Origin: Dehalococcoidia bacterium
GTDB lineage: Bacteria; Chloroflexota; Dehalococcoidia; Lucifugimonadales; VXLM01
Length of the DNA stretch: 64,000 nucleotides
Reading direction: 5' to 3'
Assembly (NCBI GenBank): GCA_963662435.1
Contig: OY759598.1
Location: 1,210,507-1,274,506, forward strand
Shown: positions 1 through 10,166 of the stretch, piece by piece
Numbering within the stretch: position 1 is the first letter of the stretch
Layout of the letters: the number at the start of each line of letters is the position of its first letter
Program-made: the position numbers and the translations under genes
Notes under the pieces: model-generated
Databases searched by the model: none
What the model saw: only the letters and a program-made list of their open reading frames with translations
What the model was told of the DNA's origin: nothing

Positions 1-713
1 GTTGCCGTCAGTGCAGAGATCGGGAGGCCGATGGCATCAGATGCGATCCATGCGGAGACCCCGACCATTAGCCAGTACGCTAAGCTGACGGCGTATACCT
101 TCAGCAATAGTTTCCAGTCCATGGCAAGTGCCCGCAAGGCATTGGAGAAGGCAACAACGAACGTGATCCGGCGAATCAGCCATAGGGACTCTCCTCTCCA
201 CGCCAAGATCTGCAGCGCTCCAACTAAGGTCAGTCCAATCGCTATAGTCCCCCACACGTAGGGCGCAAGGGGCCGCATCTCCGGAACGAGCATAAACGCA
301 ACACCGAAGATCAGCATACTGGACAGAAAGTCGACGGCCCGCTCCATGCCTATGGCCGCGAGCACGGTGGATGCCTTGAGTCCGTCCTTTATCGTTAGGA
401 CGGCAATCTGCGTGACTTCACTCGCCACTCGCAGGGGCATGATATTGCTGAGTCCCAATCCCTCGTGCTGGACGATGAAAAGCCTCTGTACTGTAGGCTT
501 AGGCTGAGGGAACAACATCCGCCAGCGCGCGGCTCGAAGCACACCTGATCCCATGAACACCGCAAGCGAGAGTATGAGCATCAGCGGAGAAACTCTCGCA
601 AGATGGTCCACCACGAGACCCCAGTCGAGACCTCGTATCGCGAACCACCCCAGCCCTGCACCTATTCCTATGCCTAGCGCGAGTCTTCCGTATGTGAGCG
701 CTGCGCGTTTCAA
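1..713 (-). CDS. Lysylphosphatidylglycerol synthase TM / UPF0104 flippase-like membrane protein (3' end outside window)
   Basis: Not in the ORF track because it runs off the edge. Manual translation from TTG at 713 gives LKRAALTYGRLALGIGIGAGLGWFAIRGLDW...LRAARWRMLF...SNIMPLRVASE...MERAVDF, with the RW, N-x-x-P and ER-x-x-D motifs and several TM helices. Confidence 0.75.
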   Translation of the reverse strand, partial: MKRAALTYGRLALGIGIGAGLGWFAIRGLDWGLVVDHLARVSPLMLILSLAVFMGSGVLRAARWRMLFPQPKPTVQRLFIVQHEGLGLSNIMPLRVASEVTQIAVLTIKDGLKASTVLAAIGMERAVDFLSSMLIFGVAFMLVPEMRPLAPYVWGTIAIGLTLVGALQILAWRGESLWLIRRITFVVAFSNALRALAMDWKLLLKVYAVSLAYWLMVGVSAWIASDAIGLPISALTA

Positions 714-817
714 GTACGATAGTTTAAGCGAAGACGAAAATCGGCCATAATATTGGCGAACGGTTTAATGCGGGCCCGTACAGGCAGCCGCACCAGAAAT
801 CCTCGCCGGTAACGACG

Positions 818-1639
818 ATGATAACACGGGACACCTCACCTCCGCTCATTGACACGCACTGCCACCTGGACGCCTACGACTCGGACATCGAGGTCGGGGA
901 AGTCCTGGCACGCGCAACGGCGGTAGGGGTTAGACTAATCGTTAACGCGGGCACGACTGTCGACTCCTCCCGTCGCTGCGTCCAACTGACACAAGCCTTT
1001 CCCGAACTGTATGCAGGCGTTGGCATCCATCCGATGGACCTGACCGGTCCCGTTGACGAGTGCGTCTATGCACAGCTGCACAAATGCGCTACGTCTACAG
1101 ACAAGGTCCTCGTTATCAGCGAGATCGGTCTCGACTTCATGGAGAACATGCCCGACCGAGCGATGCAGTACCAGGCGTTCCGCGAGCAGATCAGGCTGGC
1201 TCGCGAACTTCGATTGCCCATCGTGTTTCACAGCAGAGAAGCCCATGATGACGTGCTTCGCGTCCTCCGCGAGGAGCGAGCCTACGAGGTGGGCGGCACG
1301 ATGCACTATTTCCAGGGAGATCTGGATACAGCGCGCGCGGCAATAGATCTCGGCTTCTACATCTCGCTGGCCAAGCCCTTGCTCCGCCTTCCGCAACTGC
1401 AAGCCGTAGCGGCCGAGTTGCCCCTAGAGAATATAGTGCTGGAGACCGATTCAGCACCTCAGCCGTTCAAATCGAAACGCGACAGGTGGACGGAGCCACG
1501 TCATTTGCAGGACATAGCCCAAGAGCTGGCAGAGCTGCAGGGAACGGATGTCGATCACATTCGGGTAACAACCACGGAGAATTTCTTCAGGATGCTTGGT
1601 GCCCTGGGAGGCAAGGTACGGGCTTCCGTCCTCGGATAG
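818..1639 (+). CDS. tatD: TatD family hydrolase/DNase
   Basis: DTHCH, GIHP, EIGLDF, FHSREA, HYF and LETD motifs. Confidence 0.88.
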   Translation: MITRDTSPPLIDTHCHLDAYDSDIEVGEVLARATAVGVRLIVNAGTTVDSSRRCVQLTQAFPELYAGVGIHPMDLTGPVDECVYAQLHKCATSTDKVLVISEIGLDFMENMPDRAMQYQAFREQIRLARELRLPIVFHSREAHDDVLRVLREERAYEVGGTMHYFQGDLDTARAAIDLGFYISLAKPLLRLPQLQAVAAELPLENIVLETDSAPQPFKSKRDRWTEPRHLQDIAQELAELQGTDVDHIRVTTTENFFRMLGALGGKVRASVLG

Positions 1640-1653
1640 CCCTCTCAACCGGC

Positions 1654-2232
1654 CTATCCCTCCGGCATGGCAACGACCGTATCGAAATATCCGGACAGCA
1701 GGATTCCCGGCAAGAGCTGCATTCCCACCACCCACCCTAGGGAACCGTCCATGATCGCCCCTAACCAGTCCGACTGACGGATCTCCTGGAGAGCGATGAT
1801 CCCTGCTACGAGCATCCATATTGTCGCGATATTGAAGAAAAGACTTTCCAGTGGGGTGAAAGCTGTGAAGAAGAGGAGGATTCCAGGTCCGAAGCAGATG
1901 CCGAGCACGCGAACGATCTCTCGAAACGTCACCTGGTCTCGCTGGAAAATCCGTCCGACTCCATAGGCGATTCCCGCCCAGATCAGCCATCCGACCATGA
2001 ACGTAATAGCCGCGAACCACACTCCAAGAAGCCTGTCCCCTACCGCGCCCGCTTCGAGCCCCTGCTCGACTGACTCTCCCAGCGAGCTTGACTGCCCCAC
2101 CGCGTAGGCGATTCCCGCAAGAATGACAATGCCAAGAGCGTTCAGGATGGCCTGCTGGTCGCGCAGCACTTCACGGTATGTCGCTCGATTGAATTGAGCG
2201 GCCTTGATGGCCCTGTAGAGCATTGCACGCAT
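1654..2232 (-). CDS. Yip1-like multi-pass membrane protein
   Basis: About 5 hydrophobic helices, N-terminal 'ATYREV' and 'VTFREIVRVLG' pattern. Confidence 0.6.
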   Translation of the reverse strand: MRAMLYRAIKAAQFNRATYREVLRDQQAILNALGIVILAGIAYAVGQSSSLGESVEQGLEAGAVGDRLLGVWFAAITFMVGWLIWAGIAYGVGRIFQRDQVTFREIVRVLGICFGPGILLFFTAFTPLESLFFNIATIWMLVAGIIALQEIRQSDWLGAIMDGSLGWVVGMQLLPGILLSGYFDTVVAMPEG

Positions 2233-2444
2233 TGGGTCGTACTATCCTTGTCGGTCGGAATTGACTCGACCGATGGTACCCAAACCCACATGCCGCGTAA
2301 AGCGCAAGAGCCTTGCTTTCACCACTCAATGTAGGCGGGAGTCCATTGGATAGGTTACTGAGGCTGGGCTCCCAACTTAAGCCGCTTCCATACGATCCCC
2401 GATGTGATATCTTCCTTCAAATTTCTCACATCTGAGGGCACACC

Positions 2445-3344
2445 ATGAAAGAACTGCCGCTTGGCAAGCTCTACTACGAAATAAGCAGACACAACCCACC
2501 CGCTCTTTCGGTTCGCCCCGGCGAGACGGTGCGCATCGAAACCGAGGATACCTTCAATGGCCTCGTCCGAAAGGAGGGCGACCATCGGGATCTCGCAAAG
2601 AAGCCGCAGGGCAATCCTCAGTCAGGGCCGATCTGGGTCGAGGGAGCGTCGAAGGGAGACACACTGGCCGTCCATATCGAGACCATTGAGGCTCGGATTG
2701 GACAGGCCGCCAACGACATGACGTGGGCGCGTCGCGGTCTCGCTGAGTTTCTCGGGCACGACATACCCGTCAATACCCGCATCGCACCTGTGAAGGACGA
2801 CAAGGTCTGGTGGAGTTCGGACGTAGCCCTGCCATACCGGCCCATGATCGGCACCATCGGTTGCGCTCCCGATTTCGGAAGCCCGACGACGAGTCCTGCC
2901 GGTGACTACGGCGGCAACATGGATATCAAGGAGGTTACCGATGGCAGCACCGTCTTCCTGCCCGTCTATGTCGAGGGTGCGTTGCTTCACCTGGGCGACG
3001 CGCATGCAGCCCAGGGGGACGGGGAGCTTTGCGGGACTGCCCTTGAGATGCCCGCGACCGTGACCATGAAGATTGACCTGCTCAAAGGCCGGACGATCCA
3101 CCGACCACGCATTCGCTCCAAGTACGAGATCATGACTATTGCCACGGGACGTCCAATGGAGCGCTCCGTAGCCCAGGCTTACTCCGACCTCATCCTGTGG
3201 ATGGAAGAGGAGTTCGGAGTGCCGAAGTGGGACGGCCTGAGCCTCTGCACGATGGTTGGAGAAATCTCGGTCGGCTACCACTTCATAGGCACCGTCGCCG
3301 CCAAGATAAAGCTGGAGTACGTCGAGGCCGCGTCGCGAGGGTGA
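2445..3344 (+). CDS. Acetamidase/formamidase family protein
   Basis: GNPQSGPIWVEGA..GDTL, PMIGTIG, GGNMD, GDAHAAQGDGE motifs. Confidence 0.9.
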   Translation: MKELPLGKLYYEISRHNPPALSVRPGETVRIETEDTFNGLVRKEGDHRDLAKKPQGNPQSGPIWVEGASKGDTLAVHIETIEARIGQAANDMTWARRGLAEFLGHDIPVNTRIAPVKDDKVWWSSDVALPYRPMIGTIGCAPDFGSPTTSPAGDYGGNMDIKEVTDGSTVFLPVYVEGALLHLGDAHAAQGDGELCGTALEMPATVTMKIDLLKGRTIHRPRIRSKYEIMTIATGRPMERSVAQAYSDLILWMEEEFGVPKWDGLSLCTMVGEISVGYHFIGTVAAKIKLEYVEAASRG

Positions 3345-3422
3345 CGCGTCAAATCCCCTTCCATCACTTTTCCGCCGCACATCGCATTGACGCGTCCAAG
3401 CTCCGCCAAATACCATCAACGC

Positions 3423-4343
3423 ATGAGTAAACCTGCGAAGACGGGTCTTGCGGCCGCCTTCATCCTCTCCATGCGACCGAAACAGTGGTCCAAGAACCTG
3501 CTCGTCTTCATGGCACTCTTCTTCACGGTCGAGCAGGCGTGGCAGCCGACAGAGATCGAGAACGCCCTCGAACTACTTGGTAAGTCTGCTTTGGCGTTCC
3601 TGCTTTTTTCCGCCCTCAGCGGAGTCATTTACCTCGTTAACGATCTGTTGGACATGGAGGAAGACCGGCGACACCCAAGGAAGCGGCTCCGCCCCATTGC
3701 CTCCGGCGCGCTGCCTGTTTCGGTCGCGATAATCGGAGCCGTAGCGATAGGCGTCCCCTCGCTTGTGGCCTCCTATTTCCTCGAACCACTGTTTGGACTC
3801 ATCACCGCCATCTATCTCGCGACTATGCTTCTCTACTCCTTCGGACTCAAGAGGATCGTAATCGTCGACGTGTTCACCATCAGCTCGGGGTTCATTATTC
3901 GCGCGGTCGCCGGGGCCGTGGTCATCGGCACTCCCATATCTCCCTGGCTCTACATTTGCACCGGGCTCGCCTCGGTGTTCATCGTTCTGTCCAAGCGACG
4001 CAGCGAACTGTCTGCCGCCGGAGACCAGGCGCCCGAACAGCGGGGTATCCTAGCCGCGTACACCCTCCCCATCCTCGACCAGCTCATTACCGTTGCGGCG
4101 TCCGCCGCTCTCGTTTCCTACACGATCTACACCGTCGCTTCGGAAAACCTGCCCGAAAACAACTCGATGCTCCTCACCGTGCCGTTTGTAGTCTACGGGC
4201 TCTTTCGCTACATGTACCTCGTCCAGCGCAAGGGCCTCGGTGAGACTCCTGAGGACATCGTCCTCACCGACACACCTCTGATAGTGGCAATCGTCCTCTG
4301 GCTTGCGACGGCAGGGGGCGTGCTTATCGCCTTCCGGGGATGA
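3423..4343 (+). CDS. UbiA-family decaprenyl-phosphate phosphoribosyltransferase-like protein
   Basis: MRPKQWSKN, YLVNDLLD..EDRRHP.KR.RPIASG, KRRSEL, multi-TM. Start could be TTG 3387. Confidence 0.85.
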   Translation: MSKPAKTGLAAAFILSMRPKQWSKNLLVFMALFFTVEQAWQPTEIENALELLGKSALAFLLFSALSGVIYLVNDLLDMEEDRRHPRKRLRPIASGALPVSVAIIGAVAIGVPSLVASYFLEPLFGLITAIYLATMLLYSFGLKRIVIVDVFTISSGFIIRAVAGAVVIGTPISPWLYICTGLASVFIVLSKRRSELSAAGDQAPEQRGILAAYTLPILDQLITVAASAALVSYTIYTVASENLPENNSMLLTVPFVVYGLFRYMYLVQRKGLGETPEDIVLTDTPLIVAIVLWLATAGGVLIAFRG

Positions 4344-4420
4344 ATCACTTTCACGACGTTGTCCCGTTTGGTACCTTATGCACGTGTTCTCAATCTCGGC
4401 GAACGGAAGGCGAATGAAGC

Positions 4421-6453
4421 GTGGCACCGCCTGACAGCGTATTCGGAGTGCTTCCGACATGGGCCGCGCTGTACACTCTGGCGCTCTTGGCGTTCGGAGC
4501 GGCAGGATACCTCCTCTATCGCAGGGTCTTCCGACTGATACTCCTCGGCCGTCCCGCCAATCGCTACGACCGACCGGTCGAACGCATCATCGGCGCGATA
4601 CCTCTCATTTTCGGCCAGCGCAAGGTGCTCCAGCGGGTTTCCCTTCGAGGCGATCTCTCCGGCATCGCCCATTTCTTTATCTTCTGGGGCTTCCTATCGT
4701 TTACCGCGAGCTACGTTGTTTTCATATTTGGAGATGCCGTTTGGCCTGAGTTTTCCGAGACGGTCCTTACGGACACCGGCGTCCGGGTGGCTGCGATATA
4801 CCTCGACCTACTTGCCACGGTATTTCTCGTCGTCCTAGTATGGGCAGTGGTACGCCGGTGGATCGTCACTCCCAAACGCCTCAGCTTCGACCTGACGCAG
4901 AAGTGGGAGTCGGCCGTCATCCTTCTGCTCATTGCGGGGCTCATGGTACTGTCTCTCCTTGCCGAGGCCATGTATGTCGCCGCCGGCGGAGATGGTCCTA
5001 CGGCCTCAGCGATCGTCGGCTCTGCGCTCGGCAACACGCTGTCGGAAATCGGTATTAGCAGCGACCTCGCCAATGCCCTACACGGCGTCGCGTGGTGGGC
5101 ACACGTCGGCATCATCCTCGGTTTCGCCGTCTACATTCCGATGTCGAAGCATATCCACCTGATCGGCGCACCGCTCTCGTTCATATTCCGCTCCCTCGAG
5201 CCGCCGGGAACTCTTGCCACACCACTTGACCTCGAGACTGCAGAGGTATTCGGCGCGGCGAACGTGCCGGACTTTACCCAGAAGCAGCTCTTGGACGGCT
5301 ACGCTTGCGCCGTATGCGGACGTTGCACCGAGGTCTGTCCGGCCAACATCAGCGGCAAGACCCTCTCGCCCATGCACATTGCCGAGAACCTCAAGGAGCA
5401 CCTAGTTGAAGCGGGACCGGGAATAGTCAACGGCGAGAACGGCGAAGCCCCGCCCCTGATAGGCCCTTGGATCGGTCAGGAGGCACTTTGGGACTGCCTC
5501 ACCTGCGGCGCTTGCGTGCAGGAGTGTCCGGTCGGGGTGGAGCACATTGACATGATCGTCGATATGCGTCGGAACCTGACGATGGAGCGGGCCGAAATCC
5601 GGAGACCGGCATGAACGCCCTGATGAGCATGGAGCAGCGGGGCCACCCCTGGCGCGGCACGACTTACACGCGGACCGATTGGGCCGAAGGGCTGGAAGTG
5701 CCGACCCTCGCGCGACACCCGACCGCTGAGGTGCTCTTCTGGGTAGGTTGCACGGGAGCGCTGGAGAAGCGGAGTCAGAGCATCGCCCGCGCCATGGCTT
5801 CTGTCCTCAAGCGCGCCGGCGTCGACTTCGCGATTCTGGGCAACGAAGAGGGATGCAGCGGCGACCCCGCAAGGCGCATGGGCAATGAGTACCTCTATCA
5901 AATCATGGCCCAGCAGAACATCGAGACTCTCACGCGGTACGATGTCAAGAAGATCGTCACCATTTGCCCGCACTGCTTCAACACCATCAAGAACGAGTAT
6001 CCCCACCTGGGCGGAGACTACCAGGTCCTTCACTACAGCGAGTTTGTCGCCGACCTCATTGCGAATGGCAAGCTGAAGCCCCTCGTCACCATCGACACCG
6101 CCATGACCTACCACGACTCCTGCTACCTCGGGCGCCACAACGGCGTGTACGACGCCCCTCGCAGGATCGCGGAGGCAATCCCCGGACTGGAACTCCGCGA
6201 GATGAGCAGATGCCGTGACAGGGGCTTCTGCTGCGGGGCCGGGGGCGGTCACATGTGGATGGAGGAGAGTCGCGGAAGGCGGGTCAACCACATCCGCACC
6301 GAGCAGTTCCTCGAAACCGGCGCGAATACCGTGGGAGTCTCCTGCCCCTTCTGTCTGCAGATGTTCGAGGAGGGTATCCAGTCCAGCGACGCCGCCCCAA
6401 GCGGGACAGAGGCCAAGGATCTTCTCGAGATTCTCGACGAGAGTCTAGGCTAA
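4421..6453 (+). CDS. FadF-like membrane Fe-S oxidoreductase (TM + 2x4Fe-4S + 2 CCG domains), split by a 1-nt frameshift near 5600
   Basis: ORF 4421-5614 has TM helices, CAVCGRCTEVCP and CLTCGACVQECP. ORF 5611-6453 has CCG motifs (CPHC, HDSCYLGR, CCGAGG, CPFC). One extra C at 5599-5600 fuses them as ...AEIPETGMNAL... Confidence 0.85.
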
Positions 6454-6454
6454 G

Positions 6455-7099
6455 TTGCTCAGCCTCCCCCGTCCCGCCGCCGTCGCCTTCGATCTCGACG
6501 GCACGCTCATCGATACGGAATCGATCCTCATCGAGGCGCAGCGACAGACACTCAAGGCCCTGGGTATTCCTGAGTTCGCCACGGATCATCCGAGGACATT
6601 CGGCATGGGCATGGAGCCAGGACTCACGCGCGTTTGCGAGGTCTACGGTCTGGACTACCCGACAGCGCTGGAGGTGTTCAAGCCGACGTGGGAACGACTC
6701 TCGGCGACGGAACTCAGTCCTATGCCTGGCGCGCGCGCCCTATTGATGAGGCTCAAAGTTGACGGTATTCCCATGTCCCTAGTGACATCCGCAGACCCCG
6801 TGCATGCCCGGAATGGGGTGGCGGCCATCGACGTGCCGGGAGCCTTCGAGTGTCTCATTGACTCCGACATGGTTTCGCGCCTCAAACCCTCGCCGGAACC
6901 CTATCTGAAGGCCGCGGACTGTCTCGGCGTCGCACCCGAGGACGTGCTGGCCATCGAAGACTCAGGATCGGGTGTAGATTCGGCTATTACTGCCGGAATG
7001 ATGTGCGTCGCCGTTCACGCCGAGATCGATGACCGTCCCGAGCTAACAACGGCGCACTTCAGAGTGCGGTCGCTTGAGGAGCTCGCTCCATTCACTTAG
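6455..7099 (+). CDS. HAD family phosphatase
   Basis: FDLDGTLIDT, VTS, KPSPEPY, IEDS motifs. Confidence 0.88.
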   Translation: MLSLPRPAAVAFDLDGTLIDTESILIEAQRQTLKALGIPEFATDHPRTFGMGMEPGLTRVCEVYGLDYPTALEVFKPTWERLSATELSPMPGARALLMRLKVDGIPMSLVTSADPVHARNGVAAIDVPGAFECLIDSDMVSRLKPSPEPYLKAADCLGVAPEDVLAIEDSGSGVDSAITAGMMCVAVHAEIDDRPELTTAHFRVRSLEELAPFT

Positions 7100-7111
7100 G
7101 CAAGATCGAGC

Positions 7112-7390
7112 CTAGGCGGTCACCGCCTCCGGACCGTCAACCTCCGCTCCGCGTTCAAGCGCCACACCGATCAGATCGACCAATTGCCTTGCCGATTCCC
7201 TTGTCAACTCAACGGCCACACGAGCGCCAAGCCCCTCCGCCTCGTTCACAAAATCGATGTTCAACGCATGCTCGATGGTCATGTGAGCGGGATGGTCGTA
7301 CGACACGTTCACCTTATTGACCTTGATCCAGCCCGGAGTTCCCTTGCCGCTGCCAACTATGGCTGCCTGCTCAGCGATCATGGTGCACAT
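7112..7390 (-). CDS. Small conserved protein, DUF6295-like
   Basis: MCT...GSGKG..GW..VSYDHP.H...EHALNIDF...RVAVEL; directly downstream of the dienelactone hydrolase. Confidence 0.65.
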   Translation of the reverse strand: MCTMIAEQAAIVGSGKGTPGWIKVNKVNVSYDHPAHMTIEHALNIDFVNEAEGLGARVAVELTRESARQLVDLIGVALERGAEVDGPEAVTA

Positions 7391-7438
7391 TTATTCAGTC
7401 TCCTCTATCTATTCTGGCCGGAAATGCCCTGGAGTCCG

Positions 7439-8194
7439 CTACGAGAGATGCTTGGCCAGGAACGTAAGTGTCTTGTCCCAACCGTCGACCGCCTGTTCCT
7501 GGCAGTACACCGAACGGTCGTAGTAGAAGAAGCCATGCCCCGCGTCGGGGTACATGTGGAACTCATACTCCTTGCCGTGTTGCTTCAGAGCCTCTTCGTG
7601 CATAGCCACCTGCTCCGGTGATGGGCTGGAGTCCTCCTCGCCGAATAGACCCAAAACAGGGCAGGAAAGCCCTTCAGTGTAGTCAATGGGCGCCACAGGG
7701 GTCTGCGGTGTAAGCGTGGACTCCGGCATCACCACTCGCCCACCCCAGCAGTCGACTATCGCGTCGAACCCTTCCACCTGGGATGCTGCCAGCAGGACGT
7801 GACGTCCGCCTGAACACGTTCCGAATCCTCCAACTTTCCCACTGGAGCTTGGAAGCGAGCGCACATATTCCATCGCCGCAGCCAGATCGCCCACGGCCTG
7901 ATCGTCTGCAACACCGCCCTCGGAGCGAATACGAGCCGCGACGTCGTCAGGGGTGCCGTGTCCCGTGCGGTGGTACAGGTCCGGGCAGATTGTCACGTAA
8001 CCGTGATGCGCGAACTTCCGCGTGGCCTCGCGGTACCACTCATCCCACCCAGGCATGTGATGTGCCAGCACCATGGCAGGATAGGGCCCCGGCCCCAACG
8101 GTCGTGCCAAATACGCATTTATCACGTCGCCACCGTGACCCTGAATCGTGATCGTCTCGGCGATCATCCCCTCGTACATGTCCGTCGTATACAT
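7439..8194 (-). CDS. Dienelactone hydrolase family protein
   Basis: G-x-C-x-GG nucleophile (GTCSGG), FGEED, YPDAGHGF. Confidence 0.88.
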   Translation of the reverse strand: MYTTDMYEGMIAETITIQGHGGDVINAYLARPLGPGPYPAMVLAHHMPGWDEWYREATRKFAHHGYVTICPDLYHRTGHGTPDDVAARIRSEGGVADDQAVGDLAAAMEYVRSLPSSSGKVGGFGTCSGGRHVLLAASQVEGFDAIVDCWGGRVVMPESTLTPQTPVAPIDYTEGLSCPVLGLFGEEDSSPSPEQVAMHEEALKQHGKEYEFHMYPDAGHGFFYYDRSVYCQEQAVDGWDKTLTFLAKHLS

Positions 8195-8319
8195 CTTGCC
8201 CCTCCACGAACTTTCTCAGGATGGCTAGAGCTTGCCGCCGTATCACTGGTATGTCAAGGGTGGCGCCCAAAATGAACGTACGGCGTCAGGAAACGAAACC
8301 TGTGCAGACCTGGAACGCC

Positions 8320-9825
8320 CTACCCGTCCCCGCCTGAAGCCGGTTCGACCCTCGGCGTCGACCGAGAGGGCCTCTGGAAGTAAACGAGGAGCGCACCAAA
8401 TAGGAGTATTCCCACGACGACCAGCGTGGACAGTTCAAAGCCCTCTATGAAGAAGACCCGTGAGGACTCGAACGGAAGGAGTTCCACTCCCGCCGGAACT
8501 GCGATTCCTAGCGCAGCAGCAGCAGCCATTGCCCCGAAAGCATGCCCGAATTCGCGGGACGTCTCCAGCATCCCTGAGGCGAATCCACGATGCTCAAGAG
8601 GAAGGGAGTTCATAATGTGCGCGTTGTTTATCGGGTTAAAGATGTTCGTTCCTATCGACACGGGAAGCATGAAGAGGGGCAAGGCCCAGAAGCTAAGGCT
8701 CGGAGCAAACTGGCTCAGGCCAATGAACCCAACAGCGATGATCAACATGGCCCAGAGACGAAGGTACTGAGGACGGTAGGTGTCGTATATCCAGCCTGCT
8801 ACCATCGGCATGAACAGGCCCAGCGTCTGCCCCGGAAGCAATACGACGGTAACGAACAGGGGAGAACGCCCGAATCCCTCTTCTACCAGAATCGGCACCA
8901 ACGTCATGGTGCCCAGCATCGAGGCGTGATAGATGACGTTCGAGCCGAGCGAAAGAGAAAACTCACGCTTGCGAAACAGCCCCATGTCCACGACGGGATT
9001 TGTCACCCTTCGTTCCACCAGCACGAATCCCACCGCCAGCGCTATGAACAACACGTGCATCGGTACGTGGTAGCTGAGCGCGTCGGGTGAAGTGTACGAT
9101 TCCTGCCCGGGGTGAAGGTGGCTCCCACCCAGTATGAAGACCATCCCGGTCACGAAAAGCATCGCCGCGCCGAACCAGTCCAGCGGCCCCTCCGCGCCCT
9201 CGACTTTCGGCTGCACCTGCTTGGCCGCCTGTCGAGCAAGGGGAATGGACAGCCAGATCGCGATGATCCCCAGGGGTATGAACGTCGCGAATATCAGCTT
9301 CCAACTGAGGAAGTGCAAGAACGCGCCAAAGAGCGCGAGTCCAATCAGTGTTCCGAACCGCGCCCCGATTATCGGGACAGCAAATGCGCGTCCCCGCTCT
9401 TCCGGAGGGAATGCGACCGCAAGGATGGCGTTGGCGTTGCCCATTATCATCGCTGAGCCGATCCCTGTCAGACCCCGAAGGGCGATCAGATGCCACAGCT
9501 CTTGTGAGAAGGTGAGAGCTACCGATCCGACCGTGGCGATGACGATGCCGATGAAGAAGACCTTGACATGGCCGTAACGGTCCCCGAGTCGGGCCATAAG
9601 CATCACCAACCCGCCCAGCATCGCCAGGTACACAACGACCATCCAAGCGACATCGCCGATGGAGGCGTTGAAGTACTCCGCGAGCGTGGGAATCGAGAGT
9701 GCTACCGGCAGACTGGAAAGCTGAACCAGCATGTAAGCTGACGACAGTGCGATAAACACGGCTCGCCGTTCGCGTGTCGAAAGGAGCGGTCTCAGTACAC
9801 CAAAGATGGTAGCGACCATTATCAC
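8320..9825 (-). CDS. MFS transporter (DHA2/EmrB-like)
   Basis: RLGDRYG motif A, 'FPPEERGRA', about 14 TM helices. Confidence 0.85.
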   Translation of the reverse strand: MIMVATIFGVLRPLLSTRERRAVFIALSSAYMLVQLSSLPVALSIPTLAEYFNASIGDVAWMVVVYLAMLGGLVMLMARLGDRYGHVKVFFIGIVIATVGSVALTFSQELWHLIALRGLTGIGSAMIMGNANAILAVAFPPEERGRAFAVPIIGARFGTLIGLALFGAFLHFLSWKLIFATFIPLGIIAIWLSIPLARQAAKQVQPKVEGAEGPLDWFGAAMLFVTGMVFILGGSHLHPGQESYTSPDALSYHVPMHVLFIALAVGFVLVERRVTNPVVDMGLFRKREFSLSLGSNVIYHASMLGTMTLVPILVEEGFGRSPLFVTVVLLPGQTLGLFMPMVAGWIYDTYRPQYLRLWAMLIIAVGFIGLSQFAPSLSFWALPLFMLPVSIGTNIFNPINNAHIMNSLPLEHRGFASGMLETSREFGHAFGAMAAAAALGIAVPAGVELLPFESSRVFFIEGFELSTLVVVGILLFGALLVYFQRPSRSTPRVEPASGGDG

Positions 9826-9877
9826 GCATTATTTCAGCGACGCGGCCTCCTGTCCAGACGTTCGCCTGAGGCAGATA

Positions 9878-9983
9878 GTCATCCCAGTGAAAGAGGGGCT
9901 TCCAGCCTGTCTTCTGTTTTCAAAGCCAACACGTTGGATCCCCCCTTCCGCTCCCTTGGAAACCGGCCTATGCCGGTATGATG
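9878..9983. repeat. Degenerate REP-like inverted pair (GTCAT..GAAAG..TCCAG type)
   Basis: gtcatcccagtgaaagaggggcttccag (9878-9905) faces tggaaaccggcctatgccggtatgatg (9957-9983). A related copy lies at 38889-39008. Confidence 0.5.
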
Positions 9984-10166
9984 ATAGTTTTGCGATCTTC
10001 AAGAGTGTGGAGCCATCTTCGGCCTGAAATCCAGACTCTTGCCGTTTGGGATTCTCAGCCACGGAAGTGAATGACCCGTCATTGGCAGTGTTTCGGCGCA
10101 ACCCTTTGACCCAACGACTCATTTGCTCTGATAACATGGGGGCACCAGGAACTCAGCGGTATTGCA

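Noticed and set aside
2401..2431. GATGTGA...TCACATC as a CRP/FNR site
   Set aside because: The spacer is far longer than the 6 bp required; more likely a leader hairpin or chance.
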